DNA from: Candidatus Caldarchaeum subterraneum
GTDB lineage: Archaea > Thermoproteota > Nitrososphaeria_A > Caldarchaeales > Caldarchaeaceae
Reading direction: 5' to 3'
Assembly (NCBI GenBank): GCA_000270325.1
Contig: BA000048.1
Location: 1,605,481-1,669,480, forward strand
DNA: 64,000 bases
The translations under genes were made by a program, and so were the position numbers. Positions within the stretch are counted from its first letter, which is position 1, and every line of letters begins with the position of its first letter. This document shows, piece by piece, positions 60,816 to 64,000 of the stretch. Below the pieces are notes generated by a model. The model did not search any database, had not been told where the DNA came from, and saw nothing but the letters and a program-made list of their open reading frames with translations.

Positions 60816-61140
60816 GCTCTTAATCTGGATGTTGTATATATTTATACCCTTGTTGCTTCCATTATTGCTTCTCTTAGGCTTAGTTTTGATATTCTCTTGT
60901 GGTATTGGTAGAGTCTTATGTATTCTTCTAGGTTGTTCTTGTTTATTCCGTTTCTGGGTCTTAGGAATCTCTTGAGTAGTCCTGCCCTGTTCTCGCAGTT
61001 GTTTATATTAACATGTCCCTTGGCGTTCCACTCTTATCATTGCATCTCTTGCCACATCCCCTAAACATAGATTCCTATTCCACATCTGCTCCATACCATC
61101 CTCGTAATGCTTATCCCCCCAAACCACTCACAGCCACGCT
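60815..61140 (-). mobile_element. IS1595-family (ISH4 group-like) remnant, internally deleted
   Basis: minus-strand HVNINNCENRAGLLKRFLRPRNGINKNNLEEYIRLY (IS1595 C-terminus); RGCGKRCNDKSGT Zn-ribbon fragment; terminal CGCTCTT at 60815. Confidence 0.7.
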
Positions 61141-61293
61141 GTAATGGACAGCGTAACCCATTACTCATTCTCTGGACATGGGCGGGTTCATGCGGAGGCC
61201 CAAGCTTGTCGTGAGAGCGAGCTGTGTAGAGGATGTCTCCAAGCTGCTGAGGCACCGTTGCCTTCTTAAGGAAGCGGAACTCGGCTCTATTGA

Positions 61294-61394
61294 GGGGGCG
61301 TAGCCGAGCAAGGCCAAGGCGTCGGGCTCCAGATCAAAACAGCTGGTCAAGAGGCGACACCCGAAGACCGTGGGTTCAAGTCCCACCGCCCCCA
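61294..61394 (+). tRNA. tRNA-Trp(CCA) with a ~26-nt intron at 37/38
   Basis: GGGGGCG/CGCCCCC acceptor stem; TCGGG-CTCCAG[intron]A-CCCGA anticodon arm; GTGGG-TTCAAGT-CCCAC T-arm. Confidence 0.88.
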
Positions 61395-61441
61395 CCTAAC
61401 TGTAACTCTTAAATTCAGAAAAACAATCAACTTCTCAGTAC

Positions 61442-62158
61442 TTGTCTGAAGTGGATGATGTGAGGAAGAGGAACCTGAAGAACATCATCGCTGGTGAAGT
61501 TGTTTTTTCAAAGAGGCCCGGCGAGGTTTTGAAGAAGTGGCGCACGTTGTTTGAGCTGAGTCAGAAAAGCATCGCCAGGGAGATGAGCATCTCCTCAAGC
61601 GTTCTGAGCGACTATGAGAAGAGTAGGCGAAAGTCTCCGGGAACCGATTTTATCAGGAGATATGTCGAGGCGCTTATCCGGCTTGATGAGAAACGGGGAG
61701 GCTTGAAGATAAGGGAGTTCGCGTCGGATGTTCAGACGCTTTCAGACGTTGTTCTGGGGATGTCTGAGTACACGACTCCCAAAACCATGGCCGAGGTGGT
61801 GAAGCTGTTGAAGGGGGTGTGGCTGGCTGGGCAGGAGCAGCAGAATTCGCTGATTTTCGGCTACACAGTCGTCGACAGCATAGAGGCCATCAAGAGGCTC
61901 GGGCCCTATGATTTCTTCAGACTCCTCGGAGCAAGCACCGAGAGGGTGGTTGTGTTCACGAACGTGGAGAGAGGCCGCTCGCCGATTATTGCTGCTAAAA
62001 TTTTTCCGCTGAGGCCGCGGCTGATAGCAATACATGGGCCGAGGCGTGTTGAGGACGTGGACGCGATGGCCGTTGAGCTGGCGAAAAAAGAACGTTTGCC
62101 CTACGTCTTGTCGCTTCATCAAACTGTTGAAGATGTTTTGGCGAGCCTCAGCCAGTAG
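61442..62158 (+). CDS. archaeal XRE-HTH transcriptional regulator (COG1709-like)
   Basis: IAGEVV.S, KKWR..F, SDYE..RRKSPG and GRSP.IA. Confidence 0.85.
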   Translation: MSEVDDVRKRNLKNIIAGEVVFSKRPGEVLKKWRTLFELSQKSIAREMSISSSVLSDYEKSRRKSPGTDFIRRYVEALIRLDEKRGGLKIREFASDVQTLSDVVLGMSEYTTPKTMAEVVKLLKGVWLAGQEQQNSLIFGYTVVDSIEAIKRLGPYDFFRLLGASTERVVVFTNVERGRSPIIAAKIFPLRPRLIAIHGPRRVEDVDAMAVELAKKERLPYVLSLHQTVEDVLASLSQ

Positions 62159-62585
62159 TAGCCGACGCTGTTCTTTTGACCAGCCTCGCTGTGAGAATGC
62201 CGTTGACGTATCTCAGTTCTCGCAGCATCGCCTCGAAGGGCAGTTTCACGGTTCGTCTGAACCCCATCCCGCCCATGAGAACCAGCTTCCTCCCGAGAAG
62301 CTCTACACGAACCTTCGTCTCAGGCCCCGGCACCTGAGCAGTAACATCAACCACATCCCCCTCCTGACGAAGCTCCAGCAGATAATCATCCCAAGCCGAG
62401 GAGCCTAGACTGTTCTTCACAGCCTTTGCCCAGTAGAGTGTGAGGAGAATGGCCATGGCTGCGAGAGCAAGGCCTAGAATACCGGGTGATAAGCGTATGA
62501 AGAAGGACGCAGTCGCGACGGCGATGAGCAGCAGCATCAGTAGCCAGAAGCCCGAAAAACTGCCCCGGTTTCTGTTTTGCTGCAT
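62148..62585 (-). CDS. membrane-anchored Hsp20/alpha-crystallin-like protein
   Basis: two TM helices followed by A.VPG, F.R.V.LP and Y.NG.L. Confidence 0.65.
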   Translation of the reverse strand: MQQNRNRGSFSGFWLLMLLLIAVATASFFIRLSPGILGLALAAMAILLTLYWAKAVKNSLGSSAWDDYLLELRQEGDVVDVTAQVPGPETKVRVELLGRKLVLMGGMGFRRTVKLPFEAMLRELRYVNGILTARLVKRTASATTG

Positions 62586-64000
62586 CTACTTGATCACCAC
62601 CATCACGTATCTCAGCGTGACCAATCCCGACTGCTGGTAGATTGCTCCTAAATATAAGCTATCTCCAGAAACCCAGTGGACAAGAATGGCTCCGTATTGT
62701 TTCCAATATTCCACAAACTCTGTAAGCTCTGTTTTAATTTGTTCGAAGTCTTTTTCCGAGGTGTAGTTCAGGGTTTTGGTTTTGTAGACGATGTTTGCGT
62801 TTATCTGCTCAGGCGTCTCTGGTGGGAGCCCCAGTTCCTGAAGCAGAGTCTTGAGCCTTTGTAGCCTGTTTTCCCGCGTGTCGACAGGCGAGACGGGTGG
62901 AGCGGATTCGCCGGCCAGTTTGAGGAGATAGTTTCTAAACGCCTCCTCCACGGTTTGTCCAAGGCCCACGTAGTATAGCCCGGTGAAAGCCGCGCCCACC
63001 ACCGCAACTGTTCCCAGCTGTGTCACAACCCCTTCACCTTCCCTCGCTGTGTACACTGGAATGATGTAGACGGGGTGGTCGCCCACCTCGTAGAAGATGG
63101 TTTCACCTATCCTCGGCGAGGCGAGAAGAGTGCTGAGCGTCCGGAAGTCAGGGTCCCTCTGCAGAGCTTGAAGAGCCGCTGAAGGGCCGAGGAGCTTAAT
63201 CGGAGAGTCCTCCGCGACCCTGTAGAAATACATCTCACCCGTGTGTGGATAATCGTTTCTAACCACCGCGTATCCTGCGAGGTTCAGTCCCCTCGAGCCT
63301 CGAAGCTCGAGGGAAAGTATTCCCACGAACTCTAGCTGGCTATGGTTGGGGAGTTTAGTGACCACGAAATAGACCTCTACGCCGGAAGGTATTTCATAGA
63401 ATTGTCGGGCCTGTATGAAGATTGCGGGGTCATCGATGTGATAGATAGAGAACATTCTCGTCTGATAATCGAATAGCTCGGCTGGGTATCTGATCTGGTT
63501 GTGAAGCCAATTTGGCACATCTCTGCTAACTTTGTCGGCGTAAACGGCTTCAAACAACTTTGTAAACATGTCGTCTCCCAGAGTAATCAATCTTATTTCG
63601 CCGTTGTAGGCGTCTACTAGGGCGAGCCCGACGAAGCGAACGAATGGGTTGCCGTTTGACCATGGCACGTTTTCCGTTGGGAGGATGGCTATCAACGGCA
63701 TCATCCAGTAGGTTCTTGTTCCATCAGTGACAGGAAACATGTCGACGTACTCGTCCTTATAGACGTATGAGAAGTATGGGAAGAGAAGCTGAACTCTATC
63801 ATGGATATCGCGGTACCTTAGGAGGAGGATTTCTTTGTCGGGGTAGCTGAGGAAAAAGGTTACGTCATATAGCCAGCTCAGCGGAGGCCCTATCTTGACT
63901 CCCCCCGACCCGCTGTACCTTGAGCCACCAATCTCGTCCGAAACATCTTTTCCCATTATGATTGCTGCCCAGTCGCTTGAGAAAAGACTACGTGGCCCGC
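62586..64000 (-). CDS. UPF0182-family membrane protein (5' part outside the window)
   Basis: R.I..RV, VDAYNG, RYP..LF..Q...F..YH and I.PVY motifs. Confidence 0.75.
   Translation of the reverse strand, partial: GPRSLFSSDWAAIIMGKDVSDEIGGSRYSGSGGVKIGPPLSWLYDVTFFLSYPDKEILLLRYRDIHDRVQLLFPYFSYVYKDEYVDMFPVTDGTRTYWMMPLIAILPTENVPWSNGNPFVRFVGLALVDAYNGEIRLITLGDDMFTKLFEAVYADKVSRDVPNWLHNQIRYPAELFDYQTRMFSIYHIDDPAIFIQARQFYEIPSGVEVYFVVTKLPNHSQLEFVGILSLELRGSRGLNLAGYAVVRNDYPHTGEMYFYRVAEDSPIKLLGPSAALQALQRDPDFRTLSTLLASPRIGETIFYEVGDHPVYIIPVYTAREGEGVVTQLGTVAVVGAAFTGLYYVGLGQTVEEAFRNYLLKLAGESAPPVSPVDTRENRLQRLKTLLQELGLPPETPEQINANIVYKTKTLNYTSEKDFEQIKTELTEFVEYWKQYGAILVHWVSGDSLYLGAIYQQSGLVTLRYVMVVIK

Noticed and set aside
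59993-61394. tRNA-Trp-anchored integrative element
   Set aside because: No integrase and no duplicated tRNA end found

Overview
Archaeal chromosomal window. The 16S rRNA is high-GC with a TACK-type GTGTCAGCC at the 515 site, and the gene repertoire fits a thermophilic Aigarchaeota/Caldiarchaeum-like organism (inference). Most of it is housekeeping: ThyX-like, queD/queC, NAD kinase, nob1, guaA, speD/speE, phn and Mn/Zn ABC transporters, dnaG, pelota, uS7, ppcA, A-type ATPase A/B, unlinked 16S and 5S rRNA, and an intron-containing tRNA-Trp. Two regions stand out. (1) At the left edge, a compact IS110/Nop-fold protein appears to lack canonical IS110 catalytic residues. It is followed immediately by a long structured non-coding hairpin and sits next to a decayed PCNA-like gene, making it a candidate RNA-guided element. 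(2) A ~19 kb purine-catabolism cluster (26.2-45.6 kb) holds a nucleoside ABC importer, adenine deaminase, an LLM/F420-type reductase, an SsnA-like amidohydrolase, a xanthine-dehydrogenase-type Mo enzyme, two non-OTC carbamoyltransferases, carbamate kinase and two fold-II PLP enzymes. It looks like an archaeal variant of reductive, ATP-yielding purine degradation. Also present: an HTH-ferritin fusion regulator, a DtxR/MntR-like operator array, a MenA fused to a split-barrel-like domain, an IS1595 remnant, a decayed HEPN-MNT pair and several single-base frameshifts. All calls come from motif recognition by eye; no searches were run.
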